Below, in pieces: positions 24,886-32,000 of a stretch of 32,000 nucleotides of DNA (its first letter is position 1; the number at the start of each line of letters is the position of its first letter). Source of the stretch: Pseudoalteromonas tetraodonis. GTDB lineage: Bacteria > Pseudomonadota > Gammaproteobacteria > Enterobacterales > Alteromonadaceae. The stretch spans positions 420,001-452,000 of the forward strand of contig NZ_CP011042.1 of NCBI RefSeq assembly GCF_002310835.1, in the 5' to 3' direction. The notes under the pieces are model-generated. The model had not been told where the DNA came from. It saw only the letters and a list, made by a program, of their open reading frames with translations, and ran no database searches. The translations under genes and the position numbers were made by a program.

Positions 24886-27531
24886 ATGAGTGAACAATAT
24901 GCCGCCTTGCGAGGTAATGTAAATCTACTTGGTCAATTATTAGGACAAACTATTAAAGATGCCCAAGGCCAAGAGATTTTAGATAAAGTAGAAGAAATTC
25001 GGGCTTTATCAAAATCATCTCGCAGTGGCAATGAAGCCGATCGCCAAGCGTTAATTGATGTACTCCATGCGCTTAGTGATGAGGAGCTTTTACCGGTTGC
25101 CCGTTCATTTAATCATTTTTTAAACTTAGCTAATGTTGCAGAGCAGTTTCATACCGTATCACGTTTTAATGATGTTGGTTTTTGCCAACTAAATCCTCTC
25201 ACTCAAACATTAAAAACGTTAGCAGCAAAGGCCGAACTAGGTCAGCTTAATCATAATCATTTAGCCGACACACTCTCAAAACTCCACATAAACTTAGTAC
25301 TAACCGCTCACCCAACCGAAGTGACTCGCCGTACTATTATTAACAAACATGTTGAACTAAGCGATTGTTTAGCGTCGCTTGAGCGAACCGACAACCTTGC
25401 GCAAGAGCGCGAAGCGATATTAAATCGAATTGCGCAGCTTATTAGCCAAGCTTGGCATACTGACGATATTCGTCGTTCTCGTCCAAGCCCTGTTGATGAA
25501 GCTAAATGGGGCTATGCGGTAATTGAAAATAGCTTATGGGATGCCGTGCCACGTTTTTTACGTGAGTTTAGCCAGCATGTTAAACAGCATTTGAGCCTTG
25601 AGCTACCAGCCAACTACAGCCCGATAGAATTTACGTCGTGGATGGGGGGAGATCGGGATGGTAACCCGTTTGTAACCGCTGAGGTGACTAAGCAAGTACT
25701 CGATCATGGCCGTTGGATGGCGCTGGATTTATACCAGCGTGATTTAGAAACTTTGTGTGCTGAACTTTCAATGTCTGATGCCAGTGATGAGCTCATTAAA
25801 CTGGCAGGGCAAGAGTTTGAACCTTATCGAGCCGTGCTCAAAGAGCTTAAAAACCAAGTAGCTGAAACAGTGATGTACTTAAGCGCTAAAATTAAAAACA
25901 AGCGTACAGAATCACAAGATTTAATAACTGATATTAACCAAATTAAGCACCCAATTGAGGTGTGTTATCGCTCATTGTTAAAATGCAATATGCAAGTGGT
26001 TGCTGATGGCTTGCTATTAGATGTGATCCATCGTGTAAATAGCTTTGGTTTGCGCTTGGCAAAACTGGATGTACGACAGGATTCGTCAAGACACAGCGAT
26101 GTGTTTTCTGAATTAACTCGTCATTTAGGTATTGGCGATTACAATCAATGGGAAGAGCAAGACAAACAAGCTTTTTTACTGACAGAGCTCAATTCACGTC
26201 GTCCGCTAATTCCTAGGCATTGGCAACCAAGTCCAGAAGTGCAAGAGGTGCTCGACACCTTTGATGTTATTGCGCAACAAGATGAAAAAACCTTTGGTTT
26301 ATACATTATCTCTATGGCACGAACTGCCTCTGATATATTAGCAGTGCAGTTATTACTTAAAGAGTCTGGCTGTGGTTTTGAACTGCCTGTGGCGCCTTTA
26401 TTCGAAACCTTGGATGATTTAAACGATGGCCACAACGTCATCACTACACTTTTAAATAACGAGTGGTACCGTGGACACATTAAAAACACCCAAAATGTAA
26501 TGATTGGCTATTCAGACTCAGCCAAAGATGCAGGCATGATGGCTGCTGGTTGGGCACAATATGAGGCAATGGATAAGCTCGTACAACTAGCGGATGAACG
26601 CGGTATTGAGCTTATTTTATTCCATGGCCGTGGGGGTACGGTTGGCCGTGGTGGTGCGCCTGCTGCACAAGCATTGCATTCTCAGCCGCCGGGGTCGTTA
26701 AAAGGCGGGCTTAGGGTAACAGAGCAAGGTGAAATGATCCGCTTTAAATTTGGCCTGCCTAATGTGGCATTACAAAGCTTAAATATTTATGCGGGTGCGG
26801 TACTACAAAGTAATTTATTGCCACCACCAGAGCCTAAATCACAGTGGCGCGAAGTAATGGCATTAATTAGCGATGTGTCGTGTCAGCATTACCGTAATGT
26901 GGTGCGCCACGATGAAAACTTTGTGCCTTACTTTAGAATGGCGACACCTGAATTGGAACTGTCAAAATTACCTTTAGGCTCAAGGCCTGCAAAACGAAAT
27001 CCAAATGGAGGGGTTGAGAGCTTACGTGCTATTCCATGGATTTTTGCGTGGAGTCAAAACCGGTTAATGTTACCTGCATGGTTAGGTGCATTGAGCGGGC
27101 TTAAAGCCGCGCTTGAAAAATACGGTATAGAAACCTTAAGTGAAATGAGCTTGCAATGGCCATTTTTTAGGGCGCGTTTAGAAATGCTAGAAATGGTATT
27201 TAGTAAAGCGGATAGCTGGTTGAGTGAGCATTACGATAATGCGCTGGTGGAAGAGATGTATAAGCCGCTGGGTGTAGCTTTACGTGATGAACTTGGTGAA
27301 GCTATAACGTTAGTGCAATCATTAAGCCCACAAAAAAGCTTATTGGCTGATCAGCCTTGGATCAAAGAGTCTATCGGGCTTAGAAATCCATACACCGATC
27401 CGCTGAATGTATTACAAGTTGAGTTATTACGTCGTTCTCGTGGCGATGATAAAGGCAATGAAAACGATATAGATAATGCTTTGATGATCACTATGACCGG
27501 CATTGCAGCGGGTATGCGTAATACAGGTTAA
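24886..27531 (+). CDS. ppc: Phosphoenolpyruvate carboxylase
   Basis: The 881-aa protein carries the signatures [30 protein letters not shown] and the C-terminal IAAGMRNTG. An AAGGAG Shine-Dalgarno is present. Confidence 0.97.
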   Translation: MSEQYAALRGNVNLLGQLLGQTIKDAQGQEILDKVEEIRALSKSSRSGNEADRQALIDVLHALSDEELLPVARSFNHFLNLANVAEQFHTVSRFNDVGFCQLNPLTQTLKTLAAKAELGQLNHNHLADTLSKLHINLVLTAHPTEVTRRTIINKHVELSDCLASLERTDNLAQEREAILNRIAQLISQAWHTDDIRRSRPSPVDEAKWGYAVIENSLWDAVPRFLREFSQHVKQHLSLELPANYSPIEFTSWMGGDRDGNPFVTAEVTKQVLDHGRWMALDLYQRDLETLCAELSMSDASDELIKLAGQEFEPYRAVLKELKNQVAETVMYLSAKIKNKRTESQDLITDINQIKHPIEVCYRSLLKCNMQVVADGLLLDVIHRVNSFGLRLAKLDVRQDSSRHSDVFSELTRHLGIGDYNQWEEQDKQAFLLTELNSRRPLIPRHWQPSPEVQEVLDTFDVIAQQDEKTFGLYIISMARTASDILAVQLLLKESGCGFELPVAPLFETLDDLNDGHNVITTLLNNEWYRGHIKNTQNVMIGYSDSAKDAGMMAAGWAQYEAMDKLVQLADERGIELILFHGRGGTVGRGGAPAAQALHSQPPGSLKGGLRVTEQGEMIRFKFGLPNVALQSLNIYAGAVLQSNLLPPPEPKSQWREVMALISDVSCQHYRNVVRHDENFVPYFRMATPELELSKLPLGSRPAKRNPNGGVESLRAIPWIFAWSQNRLMLPAWLGALSGLKAALEKYGIETLSEMSLQWPFFRARLEMLEMVFSKADSWLSEHYDNALVEEMYKPLGVALRDELGEAITLVQSLSPQKSLLADQPWIKESIGLRNPYTDPLNVLQVELLRRSRGDDKGNENDIDNALMITMTGIAAGMRNTG

Positions 27532-27553
27532 TCCAAAACTAGATTAGTTTTAG

Positions 27554-27582
27554 AGGGAACACACGACGTGTTCCTTTTTTTT
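27554..27582 (+). terminator. Rho-independent terminator after ppc
   Basis: The stem GGAACAC (27556-27562) pairs with GTGTTCC (27568-27574) around a 5-nt loop and is followed by T8 (27575-27582). Confidence 0.85.
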
Positions 27583-27653
27583 ACGTTGAATAGGCTGGTA
27601 TTTAGTTTGCCAACCTTTTACACTACTTGGCCATTGATCAAATAAAAACTATT

Positions 27654-28583
27654 ATGGCTTCAGCAACTTTTAAAGTGCAACATAATACAGCACTTAGCAA
27701 TTCACACATTTCATTAAACGTAGCGCAAACGCAAGCTCTACGCAGTCAATTAAAAACTCAACGCGGTATTTTATACCCAAACGATATTTCAGCGCTTTGC
27801 ACCGAGCTTAATGTTAGCGAAGATATTTTATTACAAGGCTTAGTGCCTATGGCTTCAGAGTTTTCGGTTGCACCTATTTCCAAATTTCATGTCGGCGCAA
27901 TTGCAAAAGGGCTCGATTCACAAGGAAACACTACTTTTTATTTTGGCGCTAACGCTGAGTTTGACCATCAAGCACTTAGTTTAGTGGTGCACGGTGAGCA
28001 ATCTGCCATTAATAATGCCTGGTTAAATGGCGGTAAAAAAATTCTTAAAATAGCGATTAGTGATGTCCCATGTGGGTACTGTCGTCAATTTATGAATGAA
28101 CTCGCTGATGCGAAAGAGCTTGATATTTTACTGCCAGCACAAAACTTTAAATTGGCAGAGTTATTACCTCATTCATTTGGACCAACCGATTTAGGCAATG
28201 AGCACAGCTTATTTAACCCAGCAGAGCAAACTAATTGTTTTGAAAACAAACAACTTGATGAAAAGCTGATGAGCTATGCTTTAGCGGCTTATGTGCCATA
28301 CAGCCAAAATTACAGTGCAGTAAAAATAAGTACGTTTGAAAACGGTGATTTTTATGGCAGCTATGCAGAAAATGCAGCGTACAGCCCGAGTTTATCGCCA
28401 TTACAAAGTGCTGTGAGTCAGTTGTTTTTAGCAGGACTGAGCTTTGATAAGCAAACAGTTAAATCAGTTACGTTATTAGAAACGGCTGGTCATGAAAACC
28501 AATCAGGGGTGGCAAAAGCCGTGTTAGCAAGCTTTACTGGCTTGCCAACACTTGAGGTTATTAGCGCAACATTAGCCAAGTAA
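27654..28583 (+). CDS. cdd: Cytidine deaminase, dimeric two-domain type
   Basis: It has FHVGAIA...YFGAN.EF, the Zn motifs HGEQSAI and [11 protein letters not shown], and a degenerate second CDA domain. The start is uncertain (ATG 27654 versus TTG 27627). Confidence 0.9.
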   Translation: MASATFKVQHNTALSNSHISLNVAQTQALRSQLKTQRGILYPNDISALCTELNVSEDILLQGLVPMASEFSVAPISKFHVGAIAKGLDSQGNTTFYFGANAEFDHQALSLVVHGEQSAINNAWLNGGKKILKIAISDVPCGYCRQFMNELADAKELDILLPAQNFKLAELLPHSFGPTDLGNEHSLFNPAEQTNCFENKQLDEKLMSYALAAYVPYSQNYSAVKISTFENGDFYGSYAENAAYSPSLSPLQSAVSQLFLAGLSFDKQTVKSVTLLETAGHENQSGVAKAVLASFTGLPTLEVISATLAK

Positions 28584-29327
28584 CACTTTAGCGGCTTCAA
28601 GTACCACGGCAACCGATTTTTTCTCAATCTCGCCGTGGTCTACGTTAGGAATTTCTTGACGTGTTCTATTTACTAATACACCTGCAACACAGGCTGCTTG
28701 TAGGCCAAGAGCGGCACACATAGTAAATAAAGTAGCCGATTCCATTTCGTAGTTCATCACGCCTAGTTTTTGCCATTCTTCACAGCTACCTTGTAATGAC
28801 TTAGGAACATAACCAGAATGCGTATCGTAACGCTCTTGTCCTGGGTAGAAGGTATCGCTTGAAGCGGTGATACCGATATGAAAATCGATGTTTAGGTTTT
28901 CACAGGCTTTTACCATTGCTTGAGTGGCAAAAAAATCAGAAACAGCAGGGTAGCACAGCGGTGCAAAATGCTGACTCGCGCCATCCAAACGAACTGAGGC
29001 TTGGCTAATTAAAATATCGCCTTCGTTAATGTGCGGCTGAATCGCGCCTGTTGTGCCAATGCGAAGAAAGCTACGTACGCCAAGTTGAGCCAGTTCTTCA
29101 ACCGCAATTGACGTTGAAGGGCCGCCGATACCGGTTGAACATACAACCACTGAGTGGCCGTTTAATTGGCCTAAATAAATGTGAAACTCACGCGTTTGAG
29201 CAAGGCAGGTTGGATTATCTAAGAACTGTGAAATGCGTGCTGCACGATCTGGATCCCCTGGAACAATAGCCAGTTTTGCACCTTTTAAATCATCAATACA
29301 CAGTCCTAAGTGAAATACCTTTTCCAT
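28572..29327 (-). CDS. udp: Uridine phosphorylase
   Basis: It is near-collinear with E. coli Udp: [79 protein letters not shown] and [12 protein letters not shown]. Confidence 0.96.
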   Translation of the reverse strand: MEKVFHLGLCIDDLKGAKLAIVPGDPDRAARISQFLDNPTCLAQTREFHIYLGQLNGHSVVVCSTGIGGPSTSIAVEELAQLGVRSFLRIGTTGAIQPHINEGDILISQASVRLDGASQHFAPLCYPAVSDFFATQAMVKACENLNIDFHIGITASSDTFYPGQERYDTHSGYVPKSLQGSCEEWQKLGVMNYEMESATLFTMCAALGLQAACVAGVLVNRTRQEIPNVDHGEIEKKSVAVVLEAAKVLLG

Positions 29328-29739
29328 AACTAAGCCTTTTTAATAAGAGTTGTTGTCAATTTAACATGATTACGAGAAACCTAAATGAAGTACAGGACGG
29401 ATGTCCGTATTGATTTATTCATCAACTCTGAATATTCAATCAATGGCTAAAATTACTAACAAAATGAGCCAGTTGACTTGTTTGCTCAGACACTATATTC
29501 ATACCTCAGAGCAAACCAGTAGCTAGCTAAAAGAGTTGTTAGCTAAATTTTAAATTGTTTATATTCATAAGGTTAGTTAGTAGGTTTTGTATTGTTTTGC
29601 CGCTGACCTAACCTCGCAAAACACAACGTTCAGTGATTTTTATAACCACAGACAATTAATTTTTAATTTATTCAGCGTTCGTCGTTTTGCATAACTACTC
29701 AATAATAGACAAGATATTCAGATTGAAAAAGGGTTTACA

Positions 29740-30849
29740 ATGAGCACACAATTTCAAGCATTTAAAAATAAAGTTGAACACTGTTTATGTGCACCTGGCG
29801 ACGGTGTATTCACGGTTAATACGGCAAAAGAACGCAAAGCAGCACTCAGAAATAAATTATATGGTCAAACTGAAAATGTCGATGCTTTATGGCGTGACTC
29901 GCTAAATGAATTACCTAACTCACCCCACAAAGCGGTTATGCTGGGGATTAGCTCTGATTGTGGTGGTGGTATTTTACGCGGTGCAAACTGGGGGCCTTTA
30001 TTTTTACGTTCAGCTTTAATTGACCAGCAAACACAGTGTCGTTCATTTGACTTAGGTGATGTGCGCGTAATACCGCATTTATTACACGATAAATACTTAA
30101 ACGAGGCAACAATTACCAATTGCCAAAAAGCGCTTTATGGCAATGACAATAACGATCATTTCGTAAGTCCACTGTCTATTACCGAAGATGTATGTGACAG
30201 CTTTTATGCAACATTCCAAGATAAAGGCATTTTTGGCATTGGTGGCGATCATTCTATTAGTTACCCGCTGACAAAAGCGTATTTAAAAGCCAAACGCGAG
30301 CAAGGTAAACGTACGGCAATTATTCATTTTGATGCTCACACCGACTTACTCGTAGAGCGTTTGGGTATCGATTTATGTTTTGGCTCTTGGTGTACCCATA
30401 TTTTAGAATTTTTACCCGCGCCACATCATTTAATTCAATTTGGTATTCGCTCAAGTGGTAAGCCTAAATCACATTGGGAAAGTACCTTTGGCGTTAAACA
30501 GCACTGGGCTGCTGAAATTATTGAGCGTGGCGCAGCCGCTGTTGCTGCCGATACAATCGCGCAACTAAAGGCTGACAAGGTTGATGAAGTGTATGTAAGC
30601 TTTGATATTGACGCACTAGATGCTCAATTTGCTTCAGCAACAGGTACACCTGAAGAAAATGGATTAACACCACAGCATGCGCTTGATATTTTGTCAGCCA
30701 TTGCCGATGAGTTTCCAATAACCGGTGCAGATATGATGGAAATCGCGCCGTTTACCGACAGCTCATTAGTGGGTCAATCAAGCTCAGAGACGACGCTTAG
30801 AGAAGGCGCTAAAATTTCAGCATTCTTAATTGCAGCAATGAATCGTTAA
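29740..30849 (+). CDS. Ureohydrolase (arginase/agmatinase/formimidoylglutamase family) protein
   Basis: The binuclear-Mn motifs are present: GGDHSISYP, HFDAHTDL and SFDIDALD...TGTPEENGL. At 369 aa it is longer than typical SpeB, so the substrate cannot be assigned. Confidence 0.85.
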   Translation: MSTQFQAFKNKVEHCLCAPGDGVFTVNTAKERKAALRNKLYGQTENVDALWRDSLNELPNSPHKAVMLGISSDCGGGILRGANWGPLFLRSALIDQQTQCRSFDLGDVRVIPHLLHDKYLNEATITNCQKALYGNDNNDHFVSPLSITEDVCDSFYATFQDKGIFGIGGDHSISYPLTKAYLKAKREQGKRTAIIHFDAHTDLLVERLGIDLCFGSWCTHILEFLPAPHHLIQFGIRSSGKPKSHWESTFGVKQHWAAEIIERGAAAVAADTIAQLKADKVDEVYVSFDIDALDAQFASATGTPEENGLTPQHALDILSAIADEFPITGADMMEIAPFTDSSLVGQSSSETTLREGAKISAFLIAAMNR

Positions 30850-30946
30850 TCCTAAAGGTCAAAATTGGCTATTTGTAAATAATCCGCTATATTAAATTTG
30901 CTTTAATCAAAAAAGTAACATCTTAAATTTTATATAGTGGGTTATT

Positions 30947-31648
30947 GTGACTAAGTGGTATTGTGTATTATTGTTCATTGTAAGTCATCATTGTGCGGCT
31001 AAACTTACTGTTGTAACAGAGAACTTTGCGCCTGCGCAGTATCTGGACGCGAATAACAATTTAGTAGGTGATGCTGCCGATAAAGTCCGATTAGTGCTTG
31101 ATAGCGCAGGTATTGATTATTCAATTTCTGTAAATGATTGGAGTATGGCTTACAATATTGCACTGAGAGATCCCCAAACCTGTATATTTTCTATTTCTCG
31201 TTCGCCTGAGCGGGAACATAATTTTATTTGGTTTGCTAAGCTTGCCCAATTTGACACTAATTTTTACTCCCTTAAAAGCAAAGGTATTTCCTTAACTAAT
31301 TTAGAGCAGGCAAAGCAATACCGTATTGCGGTTTTAAAAGATAACTACAGCCATCATTACTTACTTTCAAAGGGCTTTAAAGAAAACGAAAATTTAATGC
31401 TGTTTAGTAGTTTTGATAATATTTTTAAGATAATCCAAACCCGAAGTTCGAGTATTGATTTAGTTGTTATACCAGCGCAGCGAATAAACCATGAACAATC
31501 TCATTTATTAAATAAATTACAACTCGAATTACTTATGCCCATCAATGCCCATCAAGCCCCTTTATATTTCGCCTGTAATAAAAATCTACCCGATAACGTA
31601 AAGCAACAACTTAGCGCGGCTTTTTCTTCATATGAGTCTAAACTATAA
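30947..31648 (+). CDS. Orphan periplasmic PBP2/SBP_bac_3-like protein
   Basis: It starts at GTG and has a signal-like N-terminus (MTKWYCVLLFIVSHHCAA). The motif L.VVTENFAP.QY......VG and its ~230-aa length are typical of orphan family-3 binding proteins. Confidence 0.6.
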   Translation: MTKWYCVLLFIVSHHCAAKLTVVTENFAPAQYLDANNNLVGDAADKVRLVLDSAGIDYSISVNDWSMAYNIALRDPQTCIFSISRSPEREHNFIWFAKLAQFDTNFYSLKSKGISLTNLEQAKQYRIAVLKDNYSHHYLLSKGFKENENLMLFSSFDNIFKIIQTRSSSIDLVVIPAQRINHEQSHLLNKLQLELLMPINAHQAPLYFACNKNLPDNVKQQLSAAFSSYESKL

Positions 31649-31697
31649 ATATTAAGCTTTTGATTTTTATTAGTTATTAATATTATTTAAATATCAA

Positions 31698-31725
31698 TTG
31701 CCCTGTCTATAAAAGCGTCTATAAT
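31698..31725 (+). promoter_or_regulatory. Candidate sigma-70 promoter for the CNNM/YtfL-like gene
   Basis: A TTGCCC -35 element (31698-31703), a 16-nt spacer and a perfect TATAAT -10 element (31720-31725) lie 43 nt upstream of the ATG at 31769. Confidence 0.5.
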
Positions 31726-31768
31726 CCAGCTGCTTTTGCTTGTAAAAGCGATTATTTTGGAGTTATAA

Positions 31769-32000
31769 ATGGGTGATTTAATCGGGATTGCGTTATTAAT
31801 CTTGATGAGTGCGTTATTTGCGATGTCAGAAATTTCGATTGCCGCTTCACGCAAAATTAAGTTAAGAGTAATGGCGGACGAGGGCAATGTGCACGCTTTG
31901 GCGGTTTTAAAGCTGCAAGAGCAGCCTGGGGCTTTTTTCGCCATGATCCAAATTACGCTCAATGCGATTGCGATATTAGGCGGGATTGTTGGCGAGCAAG
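31769..32000 (+). CDS. CNNM/DUF21 (TlyC/CorC-type, YtfL-like) membrane protein, 5' fragment truncated by the window end
   Basis: The translation MGDLIGIALLILMSALFAMSEISIAASRKIKLRVMADEGNVHALAVLKLQEQPGAFFAMIQITLNAIAILGGIVGEQ matches the YtfL N-terminus (FSMSEISLAASRKIKL..LADEGN..A..VL..QE.PG.FF...QIGLNA.AILGGIVG). A GGAG Shine-Dalgarno lies 7 nt upstream. It is not in the ORF track because it has no stop in the window. Confidence 0.88.
   Translation, partial: MGDLIGIALLILMSALFAMSEISIAASRKIKLRVMADEGNVHALAVLKLQEQPGAFFAMIQITLNAIAILGGIVGEQ

Noticed and set aside
29620-29660. CRP/CytR operator in the udp upstream region (AGTGATTTTTATAACCACAG)
   Set aside because: The half-site spacing does not fit TGTGA-N6-TCACA, and no paired TTGCAA-type CytR octamers flank it.
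31687-31962. 91-aa minus-strand ORF at the window end
   Set aside because: The opposite (+) strand from 31769 encodes a clear YtfL/CNNM N-terminus with a GGAG Shine-Dalgarno and a TATAAT promoter. The minus-strand ORF is its antisense shadow.
1-32000. Mobile elements, CRISPR arrays, tRNA/rRNA genes and toxin-antitoxin or defence islands
   Set aside because: I saw no transposase, integrase or recombinase motifs, no regularly spaced repeats, no tRNA-like T-arm (GTTCGAATC) contexts and no compositional break. The window reads as syntenic core genome.

Overview
This AT-rich window is densely packed (about 31 CDS) and reads as ordinary core chromosome of a marine gammaproteobacterium. Alteromonadales or Pseudoalteromonas-like is my inference from the protein sequences, not a search result. 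I see no transposase, integrase, phage gene, CRISPR array, tRNA/rRNA or recognisable defence gene.

Confidently recognised genes:
- a two-gene bacterioferritin pair and a CDF metal exporter
- an SSAT-like GNAT acetyltransferase
- an Ada-AlkA fusion translationally coupled to ogt
- tdk, ltaE, rlmF, ppc, cdd, udp and ppiC
- a yaeR-like VOC protein and a stand-alone FabH-like KAS III
- a RegB/RegA-type redox two-component system
- M17 and M24 peptidases, an FrnE/DsbA-like protein, two DCC (DUF393) thiol oxidoreductases, an SDR, a flavin reductase and a ureohydrolase
- two orphan PBP2-like periplasmic proteins
- the 5' end of a CNNM/YtfL-like membrane protein

I do not find a convincing self-contained novel system. 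The observations most worth follow-up are:
1. A 12-bp perfect inverted repeat closes a 100-nt structured leader with an anti-Shine-Dalgarno C-run, directly upstream of a TonB-dependent receptor. That receptor sits next to a TPR-sulfotransferase.
2. A 52-aa Cys-rich ORF missing from the ORF track (OXLD1 / Oxidored-like motif) lies divergent from a small LETM1-like membrane protein.
3. An 18-bp perfect direct repeat occurs twice in the fabH-like/regB control region, with one copy over the regB start.
4. A Fur-box-like site sits in an otherwise unexplained 680-bp non-coding gap beside the bfr operon.
5. A translationally coupled DCC-SDR-flavin reductase operon.

All homology statements come from my own recognition of motifs. 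No database was searched.
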